Shown here: in pieces, positions 1-10,844 of the stretch | Layout: every line of letters begins with the position of its first letter | Position numbering within the stretch: position 1 is the first letter of the stretch | Source: Octopus sinensis | Lineage: Eukaryota | DNA: 41,311 bases | Assembly (NCBI RefSeq): GCF_006345805.1 | Contig: NW_021831984.1 | Coordinates: 1-41,311, forward strand | Direction: 5' to 3' | The notes under the pieces: generated by a model | Database searches by the model: none | Told to the model about the DNA's origin: nothing | Seen by the model: only the letters and a program-made list of their open reading frames with translations | Made by a program: the position numbers and the translations under genes

Positions 1-32
1 AAACAAAATGCTGAGCCATATCACGATCATCT

Positions 33-120
33 TTACGTTCTAGGTTCAAATTCTTCCGATGTATACTTCACCTTTCATTCTTTCGACGTCGATAAATTAA
101 ATACTACTTGAATATTGGAG
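33..120 (+). mobile_element. SINE family A, degenerate fragment
   Basis: TTACGTTCTAGGTTCAAATTC...CCTTTCATTCTTTCGACGTCGATAAATTAAATAC matches the body of the full copies at 9261 and 40716. Confidence 0.75.
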
Positions 121-267
121 CTTAGGTAGTTGACTAGACCCTTCTACAAAATCTCGGGTACTTGTGACAATAATAGAAAAAATTATTTCTATGAGGGTGA
201 GCATTGGACAAAATGCATTTTTTTCAATTGTGACAGTAATATTCAATTCAAGGTTCAGGCTGCGCAT

Positions 268-470
268 TGGCAGAATCATTAGCACGCCGGACGAAATACT
301 CGGCAGCATTCCGTCCGTCTTTACATTCTGTGTTCAAATTTTGCTGAGGTCAACTTAGCCTTTCATCCTTTCGGAATCGATAAAATAGGTACCAGTTGAG
401 CACTGGGGGTTGAGGAAATCGATTTACTTCCTATCCCTAAATTGTTTGCCTTGTACCAAAATTTGAAAGC
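268..470 (+). mobile_element. SINE family A (tRNA-derived head, Nin-like central domain)
   Basis: TGGCAGAATCATTAGCACGCCGG head, B-box-like GTTCAAAT and TCATCCTTTCGGAATCGATAAAATAGGTACCAGT core; homologous to other in-window copies. Confidence 0.85.
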
Positions 471-503
471 AATATTCAATATTTATGGATATACAAGATA
501 CTC

Positions 504-720
504 TCAGGTGTTAAGAAATTTGCCACCACAGAAGAGAGATTCAACTTTCTTGGAAGTGGACAGAGCAATGGACTGAACATACCCCTTTACAAATATCCAG
601 ATCAGGTCTCCGATGTGAGGATAACTTTCAGCATTCTTCTTATCAGTCTTGAAGGCTTTGAAAAAATTAAGGATTTGTGGTCCTGCTTTTCTCCTCTGGA
701 AGAAATCATTTTCTCTCACT
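504..720 (-). pseudogene. Possible hAT transposase C-terminal (dimerisation domain) relic
   Basis: Translation ILNFFK...YPHIGDL...SIALSTSKKVESLFCGGK loosely resembles the hAT motif L.WWK...YP.L..LA...SIPAS...ER.FS. By eye only; a competing + strand exon reading exists. Confidence 0.3.
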
Positions 721-1393
721 ATACACGTAACGAGAAAAAAAAACATACGAAAACAAAAAAGAAAAAAAAATGCATGGAGAATCGCAATATTTCAGCAAGA
801 AAGATTTAACAGGATGAAGCGACAAAGAGATAGACGAAAAAAAGTTTATATTTTCATTTCATTTTCATTTATTTTACTAGTATAAGTTAACAGTTTTCGA
901 TTTCTCGTCAAGAGTAAATGTTCTTGCTGGTACCAACCAGTTAGTCTGTCCTTTTTTACTTTATATTTTTCGTCAACCACCTACACTTCTACTTCTTGCC
1001 AACAACAACGTCAATTGAACCACATAAATCAGACACGTATACGGTGGTTCATTTATTTTCTGAAATGAAACTTTAAAACTTATTATTACAACATTATTAA
1101 AATACACAATTTTCTTTTTTTTTTACATCTTGGTTTGATAGAGACCACCCAATAGAAAGAGAGGAAAAAAACCTAATCAGGAAGTGTGAACTCTGTGTTA
1201 TAAAGATGGGACAAATGTTTATTTATCCCAGTTAGCGGTGTGATAAATAAAGTAAAATGTTTAATCATACATCTGATGAGAGGTATCCATCAATTGGTTA
1301 GCGGTCGCCATCTGTTGGTTTATATATGTAATATAAGCAATCTCTATGATCGAAATGTAGTTGTTTTTCTTTTAAAGTAATTCAATAGGTTTG

Positions 1394-1515
1394 AGACGCG
1401 AAGCTTAATGGTCAGGATGTCAGACTCATGACCGTAAGAATGTGGTTTCGATTCTTGCAACGGGCGACGCGTTGTGTTCTTTAGCAAAACACTTCATTTC
1501 ACGTTGATTCAGTCC
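1394..1515 (+). mobile_element. SINE family D, 5' part
   Basis: Head ...CTTAATGGTCAGGATGTCAGACTCATGACCGTAAGAATGTGGTTTCGATTC then GGGCGACGCGTTGTGTTCTTTAGCAAAACACTTCATTTCACGTTG; matches the minus copies at 3480 and 25696. Confidence 0.75.
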
Positions 1516-1547
1516 TGCGAAGGGACTGGCTTCCTGTTCAGGTGGGG

Positions 1548-1585
<38 letters not shown>

Positions 1586-1587
1586 TT

Positions 1588-1780
1588 CCTCGTGGAAAAT
1601 AGTGATTTTGACGTCTATATCTAGCATATAGACTGTCCACTTTTAGTGGTCAGTCCTTTAAATTTTGTATGTAAAAAATATTTTTAATCTTCGGATTTTT
1701 TTAAATATGCTAGGCCACTGGTTTTAATTGATTAATATCAATTTCTACCCTTATTTAATTATATGTATATATTTAATTAT
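1588..1780. mobile_element. Terminal fragment of the AT-rich palindromic element family seen at 19649-20570
   Basis: GACGTCTAT...TTTTAATCTTCGGATTTTTTTAAATATGCTAGGCCACTGGTTTTAATTGATTAATATCAATTTCTACCC aligns with ~20415-20560. Confidence 0.7.
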
Positions 1781-2322
1781 ATATATATATAGTCTATATA
1801 GGGGAACTTTACGGTTTTTACTAATTACAATAGGCATACGGCGGTTTTGAAGTATGTAAAATAGATTCTTGGTGGTCCTGAATACTTCCAATAGGTCTAA
1901 GGCGTTCCAAGTTCAATTCCCACTAAGGTCAACTTGTTTTTCTTCTTCTTCTTCTCAGGTTCGTTAAAAAAAGCAACCAACTCAATGTGGTGGATTGAAA
2001 GAAATTTTAGGAGAACTGACGATATCTGTTGCCATATTTTTTCCACGTATTTAAGTTTTGCATCCAAAATATCGAAGCTTAATTGCTTAATATATTTAAT
2101 TCGTCATCCTATTCAACACCACCCGATAACTTTGATGCTTTCAATAAAGCGAACTCTGTTACAAGCGTTCTGATTGGTTCTCCGAATTCATACCTGACTT
2201 CTTCCTTTCTACCAGTCTTGACGGTTCTGTGAAGGTTCATGGAATTGTTTTTACTGCTGACTAAAAAGTAAATAAAAAATGGTTATAAAATACTTTCATT
2301 AGACCCAAGGGTGTTGTAAGTA

Positions 2323-2560
2323 GGCATGGTTGCGTGGTTAAGAAGCTTACTTTAGAGCCATGTGGTTTCGAGTTCAATATCACTACGCGGAACCTTGGGC
2401 AAATGTCTTCTACTATAGCCCCAGGCTGACCAATTTGTTTTATGGGAACTGTGTAGAAAACCATCTTATGTGTGTGTGCCGTCCCCATCACCACTGTTTG
2501 GCAACCAGCGTTGTTTTGTTTACGTCCCCGTAAAAAAAGAGACCGATATAATAAGTACTA
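2323..2560 (+). mobile_element. SINE family B, degenerate
   Basis: Head GGTTGCGTGGTTAAG...GAGTTCAATATC, CCTTGGGCAAATGTCTTCTACTATAGCC core and TTTACGTCCCCGTAA tail motif. Confidence 0.7.
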
Positions 2561-3079
2561 GACGGTGGAACCTCACTTGGCCCTACATGAGACTCGAAAC
2601 TGAATCTGTAAATTCTCCCTAGCCATACACCTATTGTTCTGTCAGAGATAAACGCTGATATATGTGTCTTCCACTTGACTCTTAACCTTTTCTATGCCAT
2701 GAAAAACTGAAATAGATAAGGTGTGTCTTTCATTAATTCCACCAGTGTCAGAATGGTATATCCATCTTTCTAGCTAGTCTGCATAGTTATAAATACCAGC
2801 ATTCTCCAAGGGAAATACAACAGGGCGTTAGGCTTACTGGCTCGAATGAAACGCCGTCTCGACTAAAGAAACGTCATAGGTCAGCTATGGAATTAACCAG
2901 CGATGCAGCTGTCTTGTCCGCCAGTCTCTTAGCCCTTCTCACTAACTCACTTTCGTTTCGACAACATCATTCTGTCTCTCTCTATCTGCTGCTTAAATGA
3001 CCCGAGACATGTAAGTCTTACGCTATCGACTTAAACTTATATTCACTTTATCTTCCTTTGATCCCTATTTTAGTATCAA

Positions 3080-3430
3080 GTGGTTAACCCATTAACAGCC
3101 AATTTTTTAAAATTCATATTTTTTGGCTTTTCCAGGTGTCTTAGGAGTTAAAATAATATATAAAAATGAAAAATAAATGCGCCTTTTTTAAAGCCTAGCC
3201 AGGCTCATGGGCCTGGTTTCCCGGTTTCTATGGCATATGTGTGCCTCCCAGCTGGACGGGATGCCAGTCCATCGCAGCGTTACTCATTTTTGCCAGCTGA
3301 GTGTACTGGAGTAGGCTTTAAAAAAGGCGCATTTATTTTTCATTTTTTATATATTATTTTAACTCCTAAGACACCTGGAAAAGCCAAAAAATATGAATTT
3401 TAAAAAATTGGCTGTTAATGGGTTAACCAC
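3080..3430. repeat. Near-perfect inverted repeat, arms 3080-3197 and 3312-3430
   Basis: The ~118-bp arms are reverse complements except for one homopolymer indel; the spacer is the SINE-D tail. Confidence 0.95.
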
Positions 3431-3480
3431 AATCTTACGATCATGGTGCTGACACCCTAACCACTAAGCCACGCGCCTCC
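3198..3480 (-). mobile_element. SINE family D, rearranged by an inverted duplication
   Basis: Head at 3480-3423 and body/tail at 3311-3198 (GAAACCGGGAAACCAGGCCCATGAGCCTGGC); the middle is replaced by an inverted arm. Confidence 0.8.
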
Positions 3481-3908
3481 ACAAAATAATATTTAGTTTT
3501 AAAATTTTCTTTTTTATCTGAATTATTTTGGAAATTATGATTAATTTTTCGAAAATTCCCAAACGGGGATCTTTGAAAAACTGCATATTTATCCTTTTTT
3601 ATTCAATCGCAATAATAAGCATTTTAGCTTTTTTTTTCTTTTTTAAACTATAGTATCAAATGCGAATATGCACGAAATATCAATGAATGATATTGATGGG
3701 AAATGTAAAATAAAAATAAAAAGTTTTCAAAACAGTCAATATTTTTGTAGTTCAAAAATTGTGATTTGTGACGTAAAATGTCCGCCGGAATTAGCCAGAG
3801 CTAATAATGACAAACTTTAATTACTAAATATTGTTAAACACACCTCTTCAAATGCAATGTACATAAGCAATTCACTTTAAATACAACGAACAACCGGCAG
3901 TGAGACTA

Positions 3909-4275
3909 TTACCAACCACATGGTTCTGGGTTCAGTCCCACTGTGTGGCAGGCATTTTGGGCAAGTGTCTTCTACTATACCCTCGGGCTGACCAAAGCCT
4001 TGTGAGTGGATTTGGTAGACGGAAACTGAAAGAAGTCCGGTATGTATGTATGTTTGTTTGTGTGTCTGTGTTTGTCTCCCCTCCCCAGCATCGCTTGACA
4101 ACCAATGCTGGTATGTTTACGTGCCCGTAACTTAGCGGTTGGGCAAAATAGACCGATAGAATAAGTACTAGGCTTACAAAGAATAAGTCCTGGAGTCGGT
4201 TTGCTCGACTAAAGGCGGTGCTCCCACATGGCCGCAGCCAAATGACTGAAACAAGAAAAGAGAGTAAAGAGTAAT
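3909..4275 (+). mobile_element. SINE family B
   Basis: ACCACATGGTTCTGGGTTCAGTCCCACTG, GGGCAAGTGTCTTCTACTATA core, central (GTAT)n and GACTGAAACAAG..AAAGAG tail. Confidence 0.9.
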
Positions 4276-4353
4276 ACTCGCAAATGAACGCCAATAGAGT
4301 AACAGTAGAATGTAAAGAAGATTTTATGTAAGGTAAAAAGAATGTCAAGATCA

Positions 4354-4760
4354 TCTTTATATATAAAAGTAAGGTTGCGTGCCTGTCTCCTACGATTTAG
4401 ATTCCTAACTACTCCCACATTTTGCGGTGCAGTTTAACCAAAACCGGGTATCTTATAGTCGTGATTCATATCGAGCCCTTCTAGGTATTAGCGAGCGTCT
4501 ACGATGAGTCTACGATTAGTCTACGATTTAAAAAAAAATTTACCATATTTTTTTCCATTTTAATGCATTTTTTCGCGATTATATAAGGGAAGTAACTCTC
4601 TAAAAATGTCTACGATGAGTCGACGATTTTAAAAAAATTACCATAATTTTTTTTCCATTTTTAATGCATTTTTTTTGCTATTTTTTGGCTATAACTCTCT
4701 AAAAATGCTTATATAGTTATTTCCCTTACAAACCCGAGCAACACCGGGCGATACTGCTAG
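4354..4760 (+). mobile_element. Non-autonomous Helitron
   Basis: Inserted between A4353 and T4761; begins TC, ends CTAG; CCCG-N8-CGGG hairpin at 4733-4748 just before the 3' end; homologous copies at 13204 and 38940. Confidence 0.85.
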
Positions 4761-5452
4761 TTTATAATAAAAAGTTATTATTATTATTATTATTATCATT
4801 ATTATTATTAATATAAGCATTCTCTGAATCACTTTCACTCGCAATAGATTTGCGCATATCATCACTTGTAGATGCGATCACCAATTCACAAGCACTCGTA
4901 GAACGACTTGCAGATTTCTTTTAAAAAATAAACAAGTCTAAAGCTGCCTGCTTAGAAGAAGCTTTTTTTTTTTTTTCGCTCTCCATAAATTTCTCTGTAA
5001 CACGCAAAAGCATTTTTTATGGTAGTAGAGATTTTGGCACTTTGTTCAAAATTTGGATCTTGTGCTTGAAAAGTAAAACTCGTAAACCCGGGATGTCGTA
5101 AAACGGATTCTCGTAAAGTGAGATATTACTGAACTTCCAAAAGACCCAAGGTGCTCAAGAGGGCCATTAATTATAGTCAGTTTGATAGAGTTAAACTAAG
5201 TAAATTATAAATATTTGTTTCCTGTCAGTATTTTTAGAATGCCTGGAAAACTACTTATGACAAGCGACATCAGGAACGGAAACAGAGATGCAAATTTCGT
5301 TCAGCTTGATGCTCTCTCTTACTCCTCGATCTTGATAAATTCCAACTGCAAGCATATATATCGTTTTGAGCCAACAATCCAACCACTAAGCAGGTGGTTC
5401 TCAAATGTTGCGTCGCAAGTTGCCTCTTAGTGTGCCAAAGATTTTTTTTTTA

Positions 5453-5593
5453 TTAGGTTGTCCCAAAAGTTCGTAAACACTTGCGAAAATTGAATTTTTA
5501 CTCGCCAAGTACTAACAAAAACAACAAAAATTATTCCTCAAAATAAAGACCATTATTTTCCAAGACTTTCTACGAACTTTTGGGACAACCTTA
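5453..5593. mobile_element. Tc1/mariner-type MITE (141 bp)
   Basis: TIR TTAGGTTGTCCCAAAAGTTCGTA / TACGAACTTTTGGGACAACCTTA, flanked by TA at 5451-5452 and 5594-5595. Confidence 0.85.
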
Positions 5594-5744
5594 TATTTCA
5601 GTTTTTTTGTTTTTGTTTTTTGAAAAATCTATGTTATCTTTCGAGCACCTTGTAAAACGTGTTAATCGCGAAATTTTTTACTCATAAATATGATTAGCAA
5701 ATCATAGTTACGAATAACAGTCAGCAATTTCGATGGGACGTGGT

Positions 5745-5827
5745 TAGTCGATTACATACATCGACCGCAGTGTACAACTGGTACTTACTTTATCGAGCCC
5801 GAAAGGATAAAAAGTAAAGCCGACCTT
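5745..5827 (-). mobile_element. SINE family A, central-domain fragment
   Basis: Reverse complement of AGGTCGGCTTTACTTTTTATCCTTTCGGGCTCGATAAAGTAAGTACCAGTT. Confidence 0.75.
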
Positions 5828-5968
5828 CCAAATCCACTCACAAGCCTTTTGTCGGCTTGAGACTATAGCAGAAGATACTTACTCAAGGTACCATGCAGTG
5901 GGACTGAACTCGGAACCATGTGGTTGAGGAGCAAGTTTCTTACCACACAGCCACAACGCCTGCACTTA
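5828..5968 (-). mobile_element. SINE family B, 5' half
   Basis: Reverse complement of GGCTGTGTGGTAAG...CATGGTTCCGAGTTCAGTCCCACTGC...GTGAGTGGATTTGGA. Confidence 0.8.
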
Positions 5969-6131
5969 TATTAAAATGAATAATTGTTAAACTGAATTTA
6001 AGTTATAGTATTGACTTCAGATTTTCTCACCATGGATAATAGTTGTTGTTGCTGTTATTGTTGGTTGGTAAGCCCTAGGTTAGCTCTGATGGAGCAGACA
6101 TGGGTTCAAATGTGTTTAGGCTATGAATATC

Positions 6132-6544
6132 GGATCTTTTCGGTTTGAACGGCAGTTTTTTCTCGCGATGTCATATGAAATTGTCACCCATAATTATGAC
6201 CCTAGTATCGATCTATTGCATTTCAATCTGTTTTAGGGTTAGAGTTAGTTAGGGTTAGGAATTAGGGGTTGGGGGAAGGGTATCTTTTTTTCTTCACAAA
6301 TGTAAATAAACCCAATCTGTTTCATACAGCACAGAATGTTTTTTACCTCAATGGACGTCATCGATTGGTTGAAATTGCAGAAATTGAAAAAAAAACAGCA
6401 AATATCTTACAAACAATAGAATTTTCTCAATAAAGCCAAGAGAAAAAGATGTTTTATAAACACATTCTACCAGTATACGAAGTTTAAATTTTTTTAGTTA
6501 CCTAGAAATTATGTTAAAAACTGCTGTTGAAACCGATAAGATCC
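6132..6544. mobile_element. MITE with ~29-bp TIRs and 8-bp TSD (Merlin- or hAT-like)
   Basis: TIR GGATCTTTTCGGTTTGAACGGCAGTTTTT vs reverse complement GGATCTTATCGGTTTCAACAGCAGTTTTT (26/29); exact TSD TGAATATC at 6124-6131 and 6545-6552; internal TTAGGG-like tract at ~6233-6270. Confidence 0.85.
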
Positions 6545-7226
6545 TGAATATCCTGTATCTAGAAGCATATTTAATATGTACGTATATCTTGCTTGAAGAA
6601 AAGTTAGCTGCTATTTTTAGCACATGAAATGACCACCTAAGAGACTGCCTCGTTTATTTAGTGTCATTCATTTTTTTTTGTGATAATTTATCAGATGTGC
6701 TGCAACATTTTACAAATTAGCTTTCCTCAATCATTAACTCTCTGAAAACAAGTAAAACGGAGTGAGTCGAAAAGCCATTGACGTTATTATTAGCTTTGAG
6801 TTTTAATAAATCAACATTTAGTGATCAAGTAACAACGTTGAATGACAAAATGCTCAGTGTGGTCTGTTAGCTGGTCCCCGGTGGCTTCATTATGGTCTGT
6901 ACGGTGTTGAGTTGCTATTCAAAGCCACAAAAAGAAAGAACGTAAATAAATATACACAAATATATGAAACTGAATCCAGTTACACGCATGGCTACGTCAG
7001 CCAGGTACCCACCCTAACCTTAACAGAAGGTCATCAACTTTTAGGACTCTATAGTAAGTACGCTGAAGTTTACTGGATCAATAGTTAAAATAGCTCGGGT
7101 TTCGTGTATACAGCGTTGCCATATTCGTGGCTTAAGGCACAAGTGTCAGGAATGCCTCACTCCTCATACAGAGGTCCTCCGGGGAATATAATTATCTGTT
7201 CCACAAGACTTCCAGCTGATAGATAG

Positions 7227-7257
<31 letters not shown>

Positions 7258-7496
7258 GATAGGTAGATAGACAGATGGGCAAATAACGATGGGAAAGGAA
7301 AATTAGAAAAAGTATAAGGATGGATACATATGTGTGTGTGTGTGTAATATATATATGATCTCTTATATGTAAGCATATATATATACACACACACACACAT
7401 ATATATATATGAGAGAGAGGGAGAAGAAAAACAGACAGTGACAGACCGATAAATTGACGGACAGAGAAGTAGTTAAAGAGATGGATTGATGGACAA

Positions 7497-7582
<86 letters not shown>
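7497..7582. repeat. (TAGA)n microsatellite
   Basis: About 21 perfect units; a shorter tract lies at 7218-7262. Confidence 0.95.
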
Positions 7583-7585
<3 letters not shown>

Positions 7586-7871
7586 GGTATGAGAAATCTA
7601 TGAAAACCTATCGGCTAACACAAAGTAACTATATATACGTAAAATAGTTCTTTTTCACACCTCGACAACACTCGTTACATCTGTCAGCACGTCGATGTAT
7701 TAACCGCTGGAATCGCCAACTTCTGGTTGGTTATTATTACTTCACGCTATCGGGTTCTTCGTATTAAACCCTTTCTTTATCATTTCTCCGCAGTGTCGAT
7801 GCAGTATGTCCAGTATTTATAGTAGTATAATAAAACGATAAGGATAGCCACGGCCGGTACGAACAAATAGC

Positions 7872-8280
7872 GGCATAGGAGTGGATGTGTGGTAAGTCGC
7901 TTGCTAACGAAATCACATAGCTCAGGGTTCAGTCCCACTGCGTGAAACCTTGGGCAAGTGTCTACAACTATAGCCGCGGGCCGACCAAAGCCTTATGAGT
8001 GGATTTGGTAGACGGAAACTGAAAGAAGCCCGTCGTATATATGTATATATATATGTATGTATGTGTGTGTATATGTTTGTGTGTCTGTGTTTGTCCCCCC
8101 AACATCGCTTGACAACCGATGCTGGTGTGTTTACATCCCCGTAACTTTGCGGTTCGGCAAAAGAGATCGATAGAAAAAGTAGTAGGCTTACAAAGAATAA
8201 GTCCTGGAGTCGATATGCTCGACTAAAGTCGGTGCTCCAGCATGGTCACAGTCAAATGACTGAAACAAGTAAAAAGAGAA
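7872..8280 (+). mobile_element. SINE family B, full length
   Basis: GGCATAGGAGTGGATGTGTGGTAAG head through GACTGAAACAAGTAAAAAGAG tail. Confidence 0.92.
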
Positions 8281-8527
8281 TGTTAACCCGATGCTGTATG
8301 TTATAACGTGTCGTGTCCAACAGTTCAATTTGCTCGCGATTTTTTCCTCCCACTTTCTGCGTTAGTAGCTTATATAAATATATTTCTTGCAAAAAATAGC
8401 TGCTGCGTTCTCTCTAACTGTTACCTCTGTCTGTCCGTACATCTCTCCCTCTCCCTATCTCTCTTGTTTGTGTGTGCTGGTTTACCCACGTGCGCATGTG
8501 TGTGTATAGCTATATTAATGCTACGTG

Positions 8528-8911
8528 TGGAGGCACAATGGCCCAGTGGTTAGGGCAGCGGACTCGCGGTCATAGGATCGCTGTTACGATTCCCAGACCG
8601 GGCGTTGTGAGTGTTTATTGAGCGAAAACACCTAAAGCTCCACGAGGCTCCGGCAGGGGATGGTGGTGATCCCTGCTGTACTCTTTCACCACAACTTTCT
8701 CTCACTCTTACTTCCTGTTTCTGTTGTACCTGTATTTCAAGGGGCCGGCCTTGTCACTCTCTGTGTCACGCTGAATATCCCCGAGAACTACGTTAAGGGT
8801 ACACGTGTCTGTGGAGTGCTCAGCCACTTACACGTTAATTTCACGAGCAGGCTGTTCCGTTGATTCGGATCAACCGGAACCCTCGTCGTCGTAACCGACG
8901 GAGTGCTTCCA
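8528..8911 (+). mobile_element. SINE family C, full length
   Basis: GGAGGCACAATGGCCCAGTGGTTAGGG head; near-identical to 12015-12397 and 24703-25080; 14-bp TSD ATTAATGCTACGTG at 8514-8527 and 8974-8987. Confidence 0.92.
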
Positions 8912-9027
8912 CATTAGACCTTCATGCATATATACCGACCACATGGTTCCGGGTTCAGTCCCACTGCTTCCAAATTAATGCTACGTGAATTTCAAAGAAC
9001 ACTAAGTGATTGTAATAATTGTGTGGG

Positions 9028-9697
9028 TTATAAAAACATGCAGTTTGTGATTGTATCAGATCTATAAGTTCTGATAGTTTTTTTTAGTCCTCTTTGGCAA
9101 CCACAGGTGCTCATGCCATGTAAGTTGAGAGAGGGTCCATTTGTGGGCCCATCACCAGACTTTGGTGTCTGGAAGTGCTTCACAATATTTTGGGTGGGTA
9201 TTAATTTGTAATAATGCTCAAGTGGAGTTTCGAAGTAAGTGTATGACTGTAATTCTGAAAGGCGGCGAGCTGGCAGTAACGTTAGCACGCCGGGCGAAAT
9301 GCGTAGTCGTATTTCGTCTGCTATTACGTTCTGAGTTCAAATTCCGCTGAGGTCGACTAGCCTTTCATCCTTTCGGGGTCGATAAATTAAGCACCAGTTA
9401 CGCACTGGGGTGGGGGGTCGATGTAATCGACTTAATCCGTTTGTCTGTCCTTGTTTGTCCCCTCTGTGTTTAGCCCCTTGTGGGCAATAAAAAAATATAT
9501 AACTGTAAATCTGAGGGTGCATCATTGAGTCGTGAGGGGAACAGTATGGTCCAGGGTACACCCTTAGCGACGGGCATGTCCAGGTAACACATTACTGTTT
9601 TTGACGGCTTAAAGTGATGCCCTACAATTTGAAGGTCTCCTTCTTGAATCACCATATATTTGTAACGCAAAACTTGACTTGTCCCCATTAAACTCAA
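9028..9697 (-). pseudogene. Unidentified ~137-codon reading frame interrupted by a SINE
   Basis: ORFs 9470-9697 and 9028-9288 join in frame (SDLQ/SELQ) once the SINE and one TSD copy are removed. Product not recognised. Confidence 0.3.
9261..9501 (+). mobile_element. SINE family A, full length
   Basis: GGCGGCGAGCTGGCAG head to A-rich tail; TSD ACTGTAATTCTGA / ACTGTAAATCTGA at 9246-9258 and 9502-9514. Confidence 0.93.
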
Positions 9698-10015
9698 TTC
9701 TTTTCTGATATATTAATGGTGAGCGAAAATGCGCCTTACAATCTATCTAGAATGGTTAGAGTATCGCTCAACGCTAATCAGTACGCCCAGCTCTTCTTAC
9801 ACACAACATCGGTCTTCTAGGGTTTACAGCCTTCTCATACAATTTTTGCAGATGTTAGCATTCATAGATTCCTGAGAACGTTGATACCATGTGCCTTGCT
9901 GGTGCAACAGGGTCTGAAAAGGCCATTGTATCTTTCTCTCTCATTCTACAGAACAACAAAGGGTGTGTGTATGCTTGCGTGTGTGTGCGTGTATGCATGT
10001 GTGAATAATGCACGT

Positions 10016-10092
10016 ATATATTTATGTATGTATATATATATATATATATAAATAAATGTATATATTTATATATGCATGTATGTATACATACA

Positions 10093-10128
<36 letters not shown>

Positions 10129-10196
10129 GTATATATATATATATTATATATATATATGTATATATATGTATATATATATATGTATATATATATATG

Positions 10197-10251
<55 letters not shown>

Positions 10252-10279
10252 GTATATATATATATGTATATATATATAG

Positions 10280-10314
<35 letters not shown>

Positions 10315-10318
10315 TATA

Positions 10319-10368
<50 letters not shown>

Positions 10369-10376
10369 ATATATAA
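10016..10376. repeat. (TA)n-rich compound microsatellite
   Basis: About 360 bp of TA with interspersed TG; source of the YI-rich pseudo-ORFs. Confidence 0.95.
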
Positions 10377-10808
10377 TAATGGAGAGAATGGAGAAAATGG
10401 AGCAAGAACACACACGAAAATAAAGTGTCGCAGAAGAGGTCACAGTTGTAAATTTATATACTTAACTATATATCTAAAACAAAGGATGTCTGTGTGTGTG
10501 TCTGTGGGTGTAATACGTATGCATTTCTACAGTTTTCAACCGATTTTCAGCACACTTTACACACACTTTGCTGATGTGCCATGGATGGTCATGCACTATA
10601 ACATTTTGCCCAGAGCTCCCGCGTAATAAGACAAACTGACCGTGAAAAAAGTTTTTCACATGGTTTTTCTCTCAAAAACTGCAGTATGCAATCGATTCTC
10701 TCTCTTTAACTTCTGTAGTCTTCAAGTAATTCTTTCCTTTTCTCTCTTTCTCTCTATCTCTAATTATCTCTTTTTTTTCTTTTTCTCACTTTCACATGTA
10801 CAGATATA

Positions 10809-10844
<36 letters not shown>

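Noticed and set aside
1305-1318. CTCF-like motif (CCAACAGATGGCGA, minus strand)
   Set aside because: A single 12/14 motif match without conservation or binding data is expected by chance in 41 kb.
1950-2250. Coding-looking stretch on the minus strand (MNLHRTVKTGRKEEVRYEFGEP...)
   Set aside because: Stops after 43 codons and no recognisable motif.
3088-3422. piggyBac MITE (TTAA-CCC...GGG-TTAA)
   Set aside because: Symmetry extends beyond the TTAA and the arms include SINE tail sequence; better explained as an inverted duplication (kept as a finding).
5085-5130. pogo/Tigger-like TIR end (...GTAAAGTGAGATATTACTG)
   Set aside because: No matching opposite TIR or TA TSD found.
6870-6945. Short open segment LVPGGFIMVCTVLSCYSK (GPCR TM-like)
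   Set aside because: Weak acceptor, about 24 codons, and equally plausible readings in other frames and strands.
7794-7803. Possible 10-nt micro-exon (TTCTCCGCAG|TGTCGATGCA|GTATGT)
   Set aside because: Splice-like signals alone are insufficient; the length is not a multiple of three and no partner exons are identifiable.
8611-8863. Small ORFs MFIERKHLKLHEAPAG / MVVIPAVLFHH, repeated at 12062-12314 and 24785-25036
   Set aside because: They lie wholly inside SINE-C copies, so the recurrence reflects repeat identity, not a gene family.
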